This document shows positions 38,075-46,849 of a DNA stretch of 64,000 bases, in pieces. Source of the DNA: Nanobdellota archaeon. Lineage in GTDB: Archaea; Nanobdellota; Nanobdellia; Pacearchaeales; GW2011-AR1. The notes under the pieces were generated by a model. That model was not told the DNA's origin. It searched no databases and saw only the letters and a program-made list of their open reading frames with translations. The DNA lies in the NCBI GenBank assembly GCA_038044745.1, contig JBBSZK010000009.1, positions 245 through 64,244 on the forward strand, in the 5' to 3' direction. A program made the position numbers and the translations under genes. Position 1 is the first letter of the stretch; each line of letters begins with the position of its first letter.

Positions 38075-38398
38075 TTAGAAACCAAAAAGTCTTTCGTAAT
38101 CTTTGTGATTCATCCAATTGAGTAATGCTGCGATTATCTCAATTTGTCCTCCAGATGTAATAGAATAGAGCAATCTCCAACCAGTCGGAAGATCATAAAT
38201 CCATAAGTTATTTAGATTATATTTATCAATCAACTTTTTAGGAATTAACTCTTTTTTCACGTTTCTTCCGCAAGAGAAGTTTTCCTGAATTGCACCTACT
38301 GCGCGTATTATTCCTTTCTTTATTGGGTCGTTATCAGATAACTCATTAAAGCTTTCTTCAAGTTCTTGGTCTACAAAGATCACTTTATCAGGTTTCAT
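38075..38398 (-). CDS. RelE/ParE-like toxin (107 aa)
   Basis: C-terminal NLWIYDLPTGWRLLYSITSGGQIEIIAALLNWMNHKDYERLF fits the RelE/ParE pattern (..W.....yRl.Y.i.....i.i..i..H..Y). It overlaps the upstream partner gene by 4 nt. Confidence 0.5.
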   Translation of the reverse strand: MKPDKVIFVDQELEESFNELSDNDPIKKGIIRAVGAIQENFSCGRNVKKELIPKKLIDKYNLNNLWIYDLPTGWRLLYSITSGGQIEIIAALLNWMNHKDYERLFGF

Positions 38399-38685
38399 AG
38401 TTTAATGGCCGGTCTGTTCTTTATTTTTTCAAAGAATGCAGGATTCCAAATATAAACGAGAAATCCTTCATTATCATATGCTATCTTTCCAATGCTTTCC
38501 AGATATTCAATAATAACTTGAAACGTTTGCCACATTACCTTGCGAGGAAGATTATTGAACAGTTCTGTTTTTTTGAATTCTCCGCTATGTTTCTCAATAA
38601 ATTTCTCAGCCATTAGCACAGTCTGTAAGGTGGGAGATCGTGCAAATTCTGATTTCTTCTCGCTTGTTAGTTCCATATCAATCAT
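38395..38685 (-). CDS. Putative antitoxin / winged-helix protein (96 aa)
   Basis: Translationally coupled (ATGA overlap) to the RelE-like gene. No strong motif. Confidence 0.4.
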   Translation of the reverse strand: MIDMELTSEKKSEFARSPTLQTVLMAEKFIEKHSGEFKKTELFNNLPRKVMWQTFQVIIEYLESIGKIAYDNEGFLVYIWNPAFFEKIKNRPAIKL

Positions 38686-38776
38686 ATCAATTGATATTAT
38701 TTAAACTTTCCGGTTTTAATGATTGTCGAGAAGAGAAATCGTTAAAGTCTACGATTTAAAGCGAATATCTTTCTCT

Positions 38777-39172
38777 TTACTTAACTCTTTTACTTCTACC
38801 TTCTAAGTCCTTTCTCATCTTATCAAGATTATGTTTCGAAGGAAATACTATAAGTCCATCAACTTGGTGCTTGTTTCCATCATACTCAAAATACCCGAGA
38901 TTGTATAAACTAAACCAAGATTTTTCTACAGTAGTGAATTTCCAAGACTTAGGAATATCAGCAGGTTCATTCATAACAATAACTAAATCAATATCAGAAC
39001 CGATTTGATTTCTATAAGGTTCTTTGTAAAGACCAAATTTTCTTTCAGCAAGAGAGGCCCAAACATAGGCTTCTTTGACACTACTAGATTTAGATAGAAG
39101 TTTTTTAATAAAGTCTTCAGCTTTAACCCAGACGTCATCCTGGTCAGCATATAGGATTTTTTCTGGTTTCAT
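38777..39172 (-). CDS. Minimal nucleotidyltransferase-domain protein
   Basis: GSDIDLVIV (G-S...D-x-D NTase motif). 131 aa. No adjacent HEPN partner. Confidence 0.6.
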   Translation of the reverse strand: MKPEKILYADQDDVWVKAEDFIKKLLSKSSSVKEAYVWASLAERKFGLYKEPYRNQIGSDIDLVIVMNEPADIPKSWKFTTVEKSWFSLYNLGYFEYDGNKHQVDGLIVFPSKHNLDKMRKDLEGRSKRVK

Positions 39173-39178
39173 AAAGAT

Positions 39179-39198
39179 TCTCGATATTATCTAAACTG
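39179..39198 (-). repeat. Inverted copy of the terminal TATA-like/ATCGAGA motif (right end of islet 1); probably also the NTase promoter
   Basis: Plus strand tctcgatattatctaaactg. The reverse complement tttagataatatcgaga lies 7-27 nt upstream of the NTase ATG. Confidence 0.45.
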
Positions 39199-39282
39199 AA
39201 TAACTTAACTATAAAAGTCTTATTAAGCGACTTGTATAATCCTTGTACATACAAAAACTACGAAATTTGACAAAAATATATG

Positions 39283-39295
39283 ATGGCCCCGACGG
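39283..39295. repeat. Direct repeat of the tRNA-Lys 3' end (att copy B)
   Basis: atggccccgacgg is 13/13 identical to 50023-50035 in the same orientation. Confidence 0.8.
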
Positions 39296-39388
39296 CCCTA
39301 GTACATTTTGTCCATTTTTCGGCGTAGTGATTGGTACAAGCCTTATACAGATTCTCTAGACATAAGCGATTTATAAATATTGTCTAGA
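39296..39388 (+). repeat. Conserved element left arm (copy B), ending in the 23-nt TIR gcgatttataaatattgtctaga
   Basis: See copy A. The TIR partner lies at 49936-49958. Confidence 0.65.
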
Positions 39389-39421
39389 AGAATTGCAAAA
39401 ATCAATCTGAGGTTGTTCTAC

Positions 39422-39958
39422 TTATGCTGTTCCAGGTCGGATATAAAAATAACCTTTGCAATTTTCAGAAACTCCGGACAAATCCCTCTTAAGAATTTTT
39501 TCAGAGTCAATACCTTTTCCACCAATCCATAAAGGCGATTGATGACCTGAATTGAGAGGCAATCCATTGTAGTGGCTGTCTATTTCTAGTAATCTAGAAA
39601 GATTGCCTGGACCTTGAGCAAATCCTCGTGAACCTGCCCCATCTCTAATTTCTGCAGCAATAAGGGTAACGCAAGAGGGTTTTCCAAATTTACCTGTCGC
39701 AATGTCTACAAGGTGCTTACCATATTTAGTGCTAACCGAAACAATTCCTGAAGCGTATTTTATTCCTTCAGAAGCCGTCTTTGCATCTCCTTGATAAGCG
39801 GCTACTTCATGTAGTTGCGCATATAGTGTTGCTGAACCCTCGCGTCCTACAACAAAAACACGTCCTAATAGATCTTGAGCCACATCAACTGCAGGTCTAG
39901 CAAAAAAGTCATGACTAAGCTGTGTCTTTCGATGTGGAATGTCAAATCCTTTGGCCAT
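39422..39958 (-). CDS. DNA-3-methyladenine glycosylase (MPG/AAG family)
   Basis: FFARPAVDVAQDLLGRVFVV...EVAAYQGD...A...GPGNLSRLLEID matches the MPG family layout. Confidence 0.7.
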   Translation of the reverse strand: MAKGFDIPHRKTQLSHDFFARPAVDVAQDLLGRVFVVGREGSATLYAQLHEVAAYQGDAKTASEGIKYASGIVSVSTKYGKHLVDIATGKFGKPSCVTLIAAEIRDGAGSRGFAQGPGNLSRLLEIDSHYNGLPLNSGHQSPLWIGGKGIDSEKILKRDLSGVSENCKGYFYIRPGTA

Positions 39959-39992
39959 TATGTGTTACTCTGTAATGGTTACATAAACATAA

Positions 39993-40009
39993 GCTTTATA
40001 AACTTTATG
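39993..40009 (+). promoter_or_regulatory. TATA/BRE-like promoter cassette gctttataaactttatg
   Basis: TATA centre about 24 nt upstream of the ATG at 40024. Identical 17-mer at 16570-16586. Confidence 0.5.
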
Positions 40010-40023
40010 CTGACCCTCTTTAT

Positions 40024-41040
40024 ATGGAAAAAAGACCCGAATATAAGGGGACTTTTCAAGACCTCTGTGTAGACCAAGTAAGGCGTGGAAATAGCTATGC
40101 GTCTGGTTTTTTAAAAGATGGTAAAAGTGCTCTTGCTCTTGCATTAGAACGTGCGAAACGTATTGGTCTTCCTACTGAGGTAATACATAGAGCAGAAGAA
40201 AGAGGCATGCTTGAATCAGAAGCAGGTAAGTCCGTACTTGCTAACAGTTCTTACAGCCTTTTAATGAGACAAAAGCCCGCAGTTATTAATAGTGTGAAGA
40301 AAACCTTTTTCTTGAGCGATTCAGAAGTAAATCATCTTCTCACGGCCGCTGTGGGGGATGGTCTTCTTCTTATGGATGATGAACATTCTGAAATTAAAAT
40401 CCTCGCGTCAGACGAAGAACATACTATTATTACGACTAATGCTGATGAGGTACTCGCTACTAGAAAAGTTGAGACGGAAAGCGAAAGATTAGACAGGGTA
40501 CAAAAAGAAATTAACAAACAAATAGATAACAGAAATAAAAGAGAGAAAGTAAGAGTAATCAAAGGAGACGATTGCATCTCCTCTAAAAATCTGTCAGAAA
40601 GCGCACTAGAATACCTCAGAAAGAACAAGTATAAGGAAATCTCATTCAAAGGAATAATATCGGGAAATAAGCAGAAATATTTCATTAAGCCTAAAAAGAG
40701 TGAAAGTCCGCAACACATATTCTGCGTGTATGATATTGCATCATATCTGAAAAGCTTCACAGAAAAAGTGTTTACCTATCATGCCGTTAAAGCAGATATC
40801 GTGTTTGAAGTGAATGGAAAAGAATATGCGATTGAAGTTGAAACAGGCAAGATGATGAAACATAAAAAAGAAGAGCTAAAGAAGAAAGTAGAGAATCTTA
40901 ACAATAAATATCAAGACAGATGGTTCTTTGTTGTGACTGATAGAAATTTAAGAACAAAATATGCTAAATTAGGTACGACCTATGATAAAAGACACCTAAC
41001 AAGCGTTATTAATCGCATTGTCAGTGATTCTGCCAACTGA
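40024..41040 (+). CDS. Chimeric protein: N-terminal segment resembling the extreme C-terminus of VirB4/HerA-FtsK-type transfer ATPases (no P-loop) plus a C-terminal PD-(D/E)xK nuclease-like domain
   Basis: N-terminal part: ...FFLSDSEVNHLLTAAVGDGLLLMDDEHSEIKILASDEEHTIITTNADEV. C-terminal part: VKADIVFEVNGKEYAIEVETGK (D...E.E.K-like). No Walker A motif anywhere. Confidence 0.4.
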   Translation: MEKRPEYKGTFQDLCVDQVRRGNSYASGFLKDGKSALALALERAKRIGLPTEVIHRAEERGMLESEAGKSVLANSSYSLLMRQKPAVINSVKKTFFLSDSEVNHLLTAAVGDGLLLMDDEHSEIKILASDEEHTIITTNADEVLATRKVETESERLDRVQKEINKQIDNRNKREKVRVIKGDDCISSKNLSESALEYLRKNKYKEISFKGIISGNKQKYFIKPKKSESPQHIFCVYDIASYLKSFTEKVFTYHAVKADIVFEVNGKEYAIEVETGKMMKHKKEELKKKVENLNNKYQDRWFFVVTDRNLRTKYAKLGTTYDKRHLTSVINRIVSDSAN

Positions 41041-41131
41041 CAGCCTATTGTCAGTAGGATTTAAGGTCTTTTCAGCCAAATTTCAGCCGTTCATCGACGA
41101 ACTTATAAAAGTAGGACTGCGTATTGTCAGT
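41017..41131 (+). repeat. Three direct copies of ATTGTCAGT (iteron-like)
   Basis: Copies at 41017-41025, 41047-41055 and 41123-41131. The second forms the palindrome actgaca-gcctat-tgtcagt with upstream sequence. Related to the ATTGTCGAGA end motif. Confidence 0.5.
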
Positions 41132-41221
41132 TAACGATTTCTCTCTTTCTCTTCTTCTCTCTGCCTCTCGGACAGATGGTGGGGGCCGGTGCAGCGCTAG
41201 GAATTACATTTTTAATAAGCG

Positions 41222-41257
41222 ACACCACGTCTTTTTTTTGAAGAACTGACGTGGTGT
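41222..41257. terminator. Hairpin with T8 loop between convergent island genes
   Basis: 10-bp stem acaccacgtc / gacgtggtgt (41222-41231 and 41248-41257). The 16-nt loop begins with tttttttt. Confidence 0.35.
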
Positions 41258-41280
41258 GCTTTGGGCTACCCGAGTATTAA

Positions 41281-42831
41281 TTAAAATTTAGTCGCGTTGA
41301 TAAACGCAGAAACTTGATTTACAATTTCTGAATAAGTTATGCTCTGATTTTCCCACACATTCAAGATACGGAAAAGAGAAGGCATGTTAGTAAACGACTC
41401 TCCTGTAATGATATAGTTAAACACCCACGTTTGATTATTGAGAACGGTTGCTCTATTGAAATTGCCTAAATATTGTTCTCCCAATTGGTTAAACAAATAA
41501 ACTTGTCGATTATTGAGGATAAAATTATTAGGTAGGGAGGCATTGATACCCTGCTCTATGGCCAAATCTCCTTCACTATTGTTTGCCCCATATACAACTA
41601 CAAGTTTTGGCCTGCGGCTTACATTTGTGTCGTCTTTGCCTGCTATTCTCACTTCTTTTCCAGTTGTATAAAAGCCAACGAAACCAGTGCTAAATCTATC
41701 ACTCGTAAGTCCCTTTTCAAAGTCTCGACCTGCTTCTTCTGATAAAGGAATGTCTATAAATTCAAGCGTTTGATAACCATTCTCGCTGTAGAACGATGCA
41801 TTGCCCATATCGTTATAAAATTGACAATTGCCCTGACAGCTAGGAGTGGTATCGCTGTAACTTCCGCTCCATCCCTCCATGGGGGTAACTCCTAGATATA
41901 CGTTTTGTGAAGAAGGTGAGGCGGTTGTAAGAAATAACTCAAGATTCACAGATTGCACTGCTGAAGAATCTGATATTGAAGAAATATTCCAGTCTATATT
42001 TGCACGAGCCATACGCCCCAGATCAGAAGGAATCACTATAAGTTCTCCCGCCTGAAGATAGGTCGAAGGATTATTAGTTCTAGTGTAAGTAGAGGTCGTA
42101 GCATTGGTACGATTGATAATATAGCCATTCCATAAAATTGCACTCGAATCCAAACTTAGACTGGGATCAATAATAAGAGGATATTGTATATCGGGATATG
42201 CCAAAAATGAAGTAGGAACATGTACAGTAATGTTACTTCCAGTATTTTCATAGACAAGATCAAGACACAGACCTTTTGCATCACATATAAATGGGGGAAG
42301 AATAGTGAAGTCTGCATCTCCCTCCTTAGAAAATACCAAATTAATGCCTTCTTGTGATGAGGCCCCTAGGGGATTATTAATAACGATTTCTTCCTTGAGT
42401 AAAGTTGGCAAATAATGATATCTCACATCAACATCATTAATGACATTAGAATAAAATATACTATTTTCTCGCATTGAAGGAGTAAATGTTGGGGTCGCGC
42501 CATTAATCTCTATGAGTTTCATAGAAATACTTTGTCCATGACGGAAAGCAGTGATAGTTCCATCAGCACGAGCTTCCGCACGATAGTAATAATCTCTTGT
42601 GCAGTATTTAGTAATTTCAGATTCTGAGCACTGGGAGAAACTTTCATCAATCTCCCCCCAACGTCCATTGTTACCTTTCCAATACTTATCGTAAGAGTAG
42701 ATTTGAGCAGTACACGAACTACCCTCGCAGACAGTATCCCAATTGGAGCCGTAATTTGTTTCTTGAGCATATACGAAGGTCGAACTAATAAATATCAGAA
42801 AAATGGTCAACATAAAGTAAATCTTACTCAT
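41281..42831 (-). CDS. Secreted protein (516 aa), possibly with a DNRLRE-like beta-sandwich
   Basis: Signal peptide MSKIYFMLTIFLIFISSTFVYAQE. Asn/Ser/Thr-rich and beta-rich. The segment ANIDWNISSISDSSAVQSVNLELFLT is reminiscent of DNRLRE domains. Confidence 0.7.
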   Translation of the reverse strand: MSKIYFMLTIFLIFISSTFVYAQETNYGSNWDTVCEGSSCTAQIYSYDKYWKGNNGRWGEIDESFSQCSESEITKYCTRDYYYRAEARADGTITAFRHGQSISMKLIEINGATPTFTPSMRENSIFYSNVINDVDVRYHYLPTLLKEEIVINNPLGASSQEGINLVFSKEGDADFTILPPFICDAKGLCLDLVYENTGSNITVHVPTSFLAYPDIQYPLIIDPSLSLDSSAILWNGYIINRTNATTSTYTRTNNPSTYLQAGELIVIPSDLGRMARANIDWNISSISDSSAVQSVNLELFLTTASPSSQNVYLGVTPMEGWSGSYSDTTPSCQGNCQFYNDMGNASFYSENGYQTLEFIDIPLSEEAGRDFEKGLTSDRFSTGFVGFYTTGKEVRIAGKDDTNVSRRPKLVVVYGANNSEGDLAIEQGINASLPNNFILNNRQVYLFNQLGEQYLGNFNRATVLNNQTWVFNYIITGESFTNMPSLFRILNVWENQSITYSEIVNQVSAFINATKF

Positions 42832-43160
42832 AGTTTCTGTTTACCTCCATATTTCAACCAAGCAATTGAACAGGATAACAGATAAGCCACGAATAAGGGC
42901 ATTAATACAATGAAAAGATATGTTAATATCAACTCATTGAATGTCGTACAGCTACAATGACAGCCCACTTTTATGATAAGATACTTACTGTAGTCCGTAC
43001 AGCCATCAAATCCGCCTCTTTCACAAAAACATCTCATGCTTCCAAATACAGTCCAGGATAATATTAGCCAGAATACAAATAATATTACGAGAGTAACTAT
43101 TTTAAATCGAGTTGGTCGCCAAAACCCATTCGTCTTTTGTTGCAGCACTATCTTTTTCAT
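42828..43160 (-). CDS. Cys-rich small membrane protein (110 aa)
   Basis: Two TM helices flank CFCERGGFDGCTDYSKYLIIKVGCHCSC. The ORF has a 4-nt overlap with the downstream gene. Confidence 0.6.
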   Translation of the reverse strand: MKKIVLQQKTNGFWRPTRFKIVTLVILFVFWLILSWTVFGSMRCFCERGGFDGCTDYSKYLIIKVGCHCSCTTFNELILTYLFIVLMPLFVAYLLSCSIAWLKYGGKQKL

Positions 43161-43161
43161 C

Positions 43162-46100
43162 CTAAATTGTAACTCCTATTCTATCCATTTCTATGTAGTT
43201 ACTACTGGTTGCTAAAAATGTAGCATTATAACTTCCAGAAGTGGAATAATTATGATAAATATATACAAAAATAGCTTCCGCAGGCTGTAAATGAAATAGC
43301 AGAGTAGAATCCTTGATATCCTCTCCAGAATCAAATTGCCAGGTTATATTTGCTATATTGAAGTTGGCAGTATTGTTCAATTCTACTAAAAAGACACGTT
43401 CAGTACTATTCGTATAAACTTCCTTGAAATTAACAATTTGTAAGTCATTGTCTACCCCGAAGGTGTTGGTCATTGCACTAGAATTCGTGTTAGCACCATC
43501 ACTTGCTAATACCTTGATTTTATAAGTAGTGCCATCTGGAAGATCGCTTGAATTTATAGAGTAAGAAGTCTGATTGAGATCAAGAGCCACCGTACTATAA
43601 GTAGTCCCGTTATCGGGACTGACTAAGATGGCATAACTTAATGTATCTCCATCTGAGTCAGAAGCAGTCCAATTTATGGTTAGTTCCTGATTACTAAATA
43701 TTTGACTACCTGGATAAGAAGTTAAAGTGAGAGCAGGCACATGTGCGGATACATTTCGCGTATCTTTAGTCACACCGTCTTTCTTTAATATGAATTTGGA
43801 AAAGCTCTGATTAAAGGGGATAGTAAATGCAAAGGCAGTTTCATTTATTTGAGTAGAATTGCTTCCAAGTAAAAAGTAAGTAAAAGAAACATCGAAACTA
43901 AAGTTGTAAACTAAACCGTTAGTACTGTTATAGGCTTCAATAGTATAATTTCCAGTTTGATATTCAGTTTGATTAATTGCTAAACCCGCACCCACCGTGT
44001 AGAAGTTTTCAAATCTTCCCGTATCAGAAGATCCATTGATAATCCCCGATACAACAATACGGGATGTTGTAGATATAGGGGTTGCATGTTTAAATTCCTG
44101 AAGTAGATGCTCATAAGACTCGTCAGAAATCCAGTTTCTCTTTGTAACCAAAAGATTCCCCATAAAGTTAGATAAGGGATCTGTATAAAGGGGATCGACT
44201 GTAAGAGGGCTCAAGGTGGAGGCAGGGCAACCATCTGGAGCGCATCCCGCATCCAAGATCTCATCATTGTTGGCATCACCATTTGGACAAAGATCCGTAA
44301 AGCCAAGGAAAGAATTTTGAGACGACCATTCATCACTATCGTATTCATCACAAAATCCATAAGTGTGACCGAGTTCATGGGCGGCAACATGATCTAGAAC
44401 ATTATAGTCTTCGAGGTCAGCTTCGACTAGCACTCCATTGTTAAACATACTACTAACTCCATGTGTACCTTGGTCTCCAAAGATGTTATCTGCAAACCAA
44501 TGAAAAGGAACTATCCCGACAGCTCTTTCAGGGAGTTCGCCAGCTATCAACGTGCTTCTATAAACTCTATGCATCAATAAGGGGAAACCAACCCCATAAG
44601 GGGCTCTTTCGGCTATATTGCTTTGGATACCTGTTCGATTAGTCTTTGCGATTAAACCAGTATCGCTTAAAGGATAGGTTTTCTTTATAAAATCAATAGA
44701 ATCACTAGCCACATTATCAAAGTTCCCAGCATTATCAACAGAAACAAAAGTCACGCTTAGGTTCCTAGTAGCGCTTACATTAACTACCTTTTTAGCGACT
44801 CCACCGAAGACCGCAACCTTCACTTCCTTATTATTGCCGGCAACATCGGGTTTAAAGTAGAAATCAATAGTTTTCATAGTCTCTGTTGCGTTAAATATAG
44901 CGGTAGTTGAATTCTTTAAAACATTATCAAAATACAAACTAACCAAAACTTGTGAATTGGAAGAAGCGTTTATCTCAGTTCTGACTAAAGTTTTTCGGTC
45001 CTTAACTAATTCTGTGTTTTCGATGACCTGGGCTAATCTCATGCTATTTATATTTCCAGACCCGTTGTTTTCATACCATTCTACAAAATCTGTAAAACCT
45101 CGCGCACCCACTACATCTATAGCCTCATCCCCATTTAAGTCTACACTCTGTAAAAAGGAAACTCCGTTGCCAGTGGAAGTTATAGTTTTCCTAGTCCAAT
45201 TCAATGACGAACCACTGTTCTCATACCACGATATTTTAAAATCATTATCTGATCCGCTTACAACATCAACATCTCCATCGCCGTCAAAATCTGCTGCAGA
45301 TACAGCAACTGCTCCGTCAGCGCTTGTGTTAATTATTCTACCGGTCCAACCTGCAGGAATTGAACCATTGTTCTCATACCAAGCAACCTTATCATCGTTT
45401 CGAGAAGCACTTAATACATCCATATCTCCATCACTATCCAAGTCAGTTGCATATACGGAACGAGCGTCATCCGCTGTGGTGTTTATAGTTCTTGTTGTCC
45501 AAGTCAGGGGGCTTCCACCATTATTTTGATACCATTCTATTTTATCGTTATCTCTTGATGCACTAATAACATCAGTATCATTGTCCTTGTCCATATCTAT
45601 AGCATATAACGATCGTATCTCTCCAACTGATGAAACCAATACATTCTCCGTCCAGGTTGGGGGAGACCCACCATTATTTTTAATAAAATAAATTTCGCCC
45701 AAGCCTAAACTTTCACCAACTATAATGTCCATTCGTCCATCTTTGTCTAAGTCCGCAACAATTACAGTTCTTGGAGAATAAGGAGGCCCGAGATTGCTCA
45801 CAGTTCGGTTTGTCCATCCTGGCGGACTCGATCCGTTGTTCTGGTACCAAATGACTTGGCCATTATCAACACCGGTATGAGATACACTTACAACATCGAT
45901 ATAAGTATCATTATTTATATCTGCTGCGAAAACTGCTTTAGGCGAAAGAAAGGAAGTGGCTATTGATCTCTCAATCCAAGTTGAGCCATTGTTTTCGTAC
46001 CAAGCTATCTTCTTATCATTCTCTGATGAACTTACTACATCAAGATCCCCGTCTTTGTCTATGTCTGCAGTATACAATCCAGTTGCCCAGTCTGCAGAAG

Positions 46101-46827
46101 AACCGATTACATGTGTGGTCCATCCCAATTCAGGGTCAATTGCTAATTCCTGCAATTGAGCCAAATCCACGTTTAGTTCTAAATCAATATAATTGCGATT
46201 TTCTTTAGAATAAACTGATACCTTATAATCAAAGTTTAAAATATCTTTAAAATCATAATAATTGTTCCCAAAATAAATAACATTCCCATCTAAATAAGTC
46301 TCTTCATCAGTTGAAGAGGCATCTCTTTTGTTCTCAAAGGCTCTAAAATATGTCGGAACAGTCGACAAAGTATAATTTGTCCCATTCCAAATAACTGTGG
46401 AAGAATCAATTTCGTATCTTACATTAAGTTTTACAGTTCTTGATTCAGCTAGTAAGTTTTTAATAAAATAAGTTTGTTTCACAGGTTTTTCTTTAGTGTT
46501 AAAGAGACTTGTATCGTGCTGGCGATAATCACTTTTAACTTCTAGATTGTTGAATTTAAATGTGCTACCATGTTCACCATTCGTTTTCTGGATGTTCTCT
46601 GTGTTAAAATCCTTAGAAGAAGAGATATCAAAAACTATATTTTTATATCCCTTTAAATATGAAAATTTAGTTAAAGCGTTTGTATCGTCGAGATTTTTTA
46701 TTTCTTTATTCTTAACTATTCCTACTTGGTCCTTAGAAATTACAAAATTAGCTTGGAACAAAACAAGAAAAAGCACACCGAGGGCAATAAATCCTATAGA
46801 AAATAGATATGCTCCTCTTCTACCCAT
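43162..46827 (-). CDS. Giant surface protein: TM anchor, 7 FG-GAP/VCBS repeats (beta-propeller), HExxH zinc-metalloprotease domain, Ig/FN3-like modules
   Basis: Trimmed to MGRRGAYLFSIGFIALGVLFLVLF. Seven DxDxDGxxD-type repeats (ADIDKDGDLDVVSSS ... VDLNGDEAIDVVGA), each followed by WYENNGS-like strands. HVAAHELGHTYGFCDEY. C-terminal LTINWTASDSDGDTLSY module. Confidence 0.8.
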   Translation of the reverse strand: MGRRGAYLFSIGFIALGVLFLVLFQANFVISKDQVGIVKNKEIKNLDDTNALTKFSYLKGYKNIVFDISSSKDFNTENIQKTNGEHGSTFKFNNLEVKSDYRQHDTSLFNTKEKPVKQTYFIKNLLAESRTVKLNVRYEIDSSTVIWNGTNYTLSTVPTYFRAFENKRDASSTDEETYLDGNVIYFGNNYYDFKDILNFDYKVSVYSKENRNYIDLELNVDLAQLQELAIDPELGWTTHVIGSSADWATGLYTADIDKDGDLDVVSSSENDKKIAWYENNGSTWIERSIATSFLSPKAVFAADINNDTYIDVVSVSHTGVDNGQVIWYQNNGSSPPGWTNRTVSNLGPPYSPRTVIVADLDKDGRMDIIVGESLGLGEIYFIKNNGGSPPTWTENVLVSSVGEIRSLYAIDMDKDNDTDVISASRDNDKIEWYQNNGGSPLTWTTRTINTTADDARSVYATDLDSDGDMDVLSASRNDDKVAWYENNGSIPAGWTGRIINTSADGAVAVSAADFDGDGDVDVVSGSDNDFKISWYENSGSSLNWTRKTITSTGNGVSFLQSVDLNGDEAIDVVGARGFTDFVEWYENNGSGNINSMRLAQVIENTELVKDRKTLVRTEINASSNSQVLVSLYFDNVLKNSTTAIFNATETMKTIDFYFKPDVAGNNKEVKVAVFGGVAKKVVNVSATRNLSVTFVSVDNAGNFDNVASDSIDFIKKTYPLSDTGLIAKTNRTGIQSNIAERAPYGVGFPLLMHRVYRSTLIAGELPERAVGIVPFHWFADNIFGDQGTHGVSSMFNNGVLVEADLEDYNVLDHVAAHELGHTYGFCDEYDSDEWSSQNSFLGFTDLCPNGDANNDEILDAGCAPDGCPASTLSPLTVDPLYTDPLSNFMGNLLVTKRNWISDESYEHLLQEFKHATPISTTSRIVVSGIINGSSDTGRFENFYTVGAGLAINQTEYQTGNYTIEAYNSTNGLVYNFSFDVSFTYFLLGSNSTQINETAFAFTIPFNQSFSKFILKKDGVTKDTRNVSAHVPALTLTSYPGSQIFSNQELTINWTASDSDGDTLSYAILVSPDNGTTYSTVALDLNQTSYSINSSDLPDGTTYKIKVLASDGANTNSSAMTNTFGVDNDLQIVNFKEVYTNSTERVFLVELNNTANFNIANITWQFDSGEDIKDSTLLFHLQPAEAIFVYIYHNYSTSGSYNATFLATSSNYIEMDRIGVTI

Positions 46828-46849
46828 CTCCGACCGATGAGAGTCTACT

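Larger units (their letters stand above)
37956..39295. mobile_element. Integrase-less islet (about 1.3 kb), distal member of a tandem array at tRNA-Lys; cargo is a RelE-like TA pair plus a minimal nucleotidyltransferase
   Basis: Bounded by att copies A and B. cattttg (37977-37983) and caaaaat (39271-39277) lie inside the repeats. Terminal ATTGTCGAGA-type motifs occur at 38042-38061 and, inverted, at 39179-39198. AT-rich. Confidence 0.6.

Noticed and set aside
37956-39388. Idea that the two repeat units ending in CGTCGGGGCCA are 3' halves of split tRNA genes (Nanoarchaeum-style)
   Set aside because: Only 12-13 nt of the tRNA 3' end are present. There is no T-loop or anticodon-stem half and no complementary leader. 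The direct-repeat and inverted-core geometry fits att sites much better.
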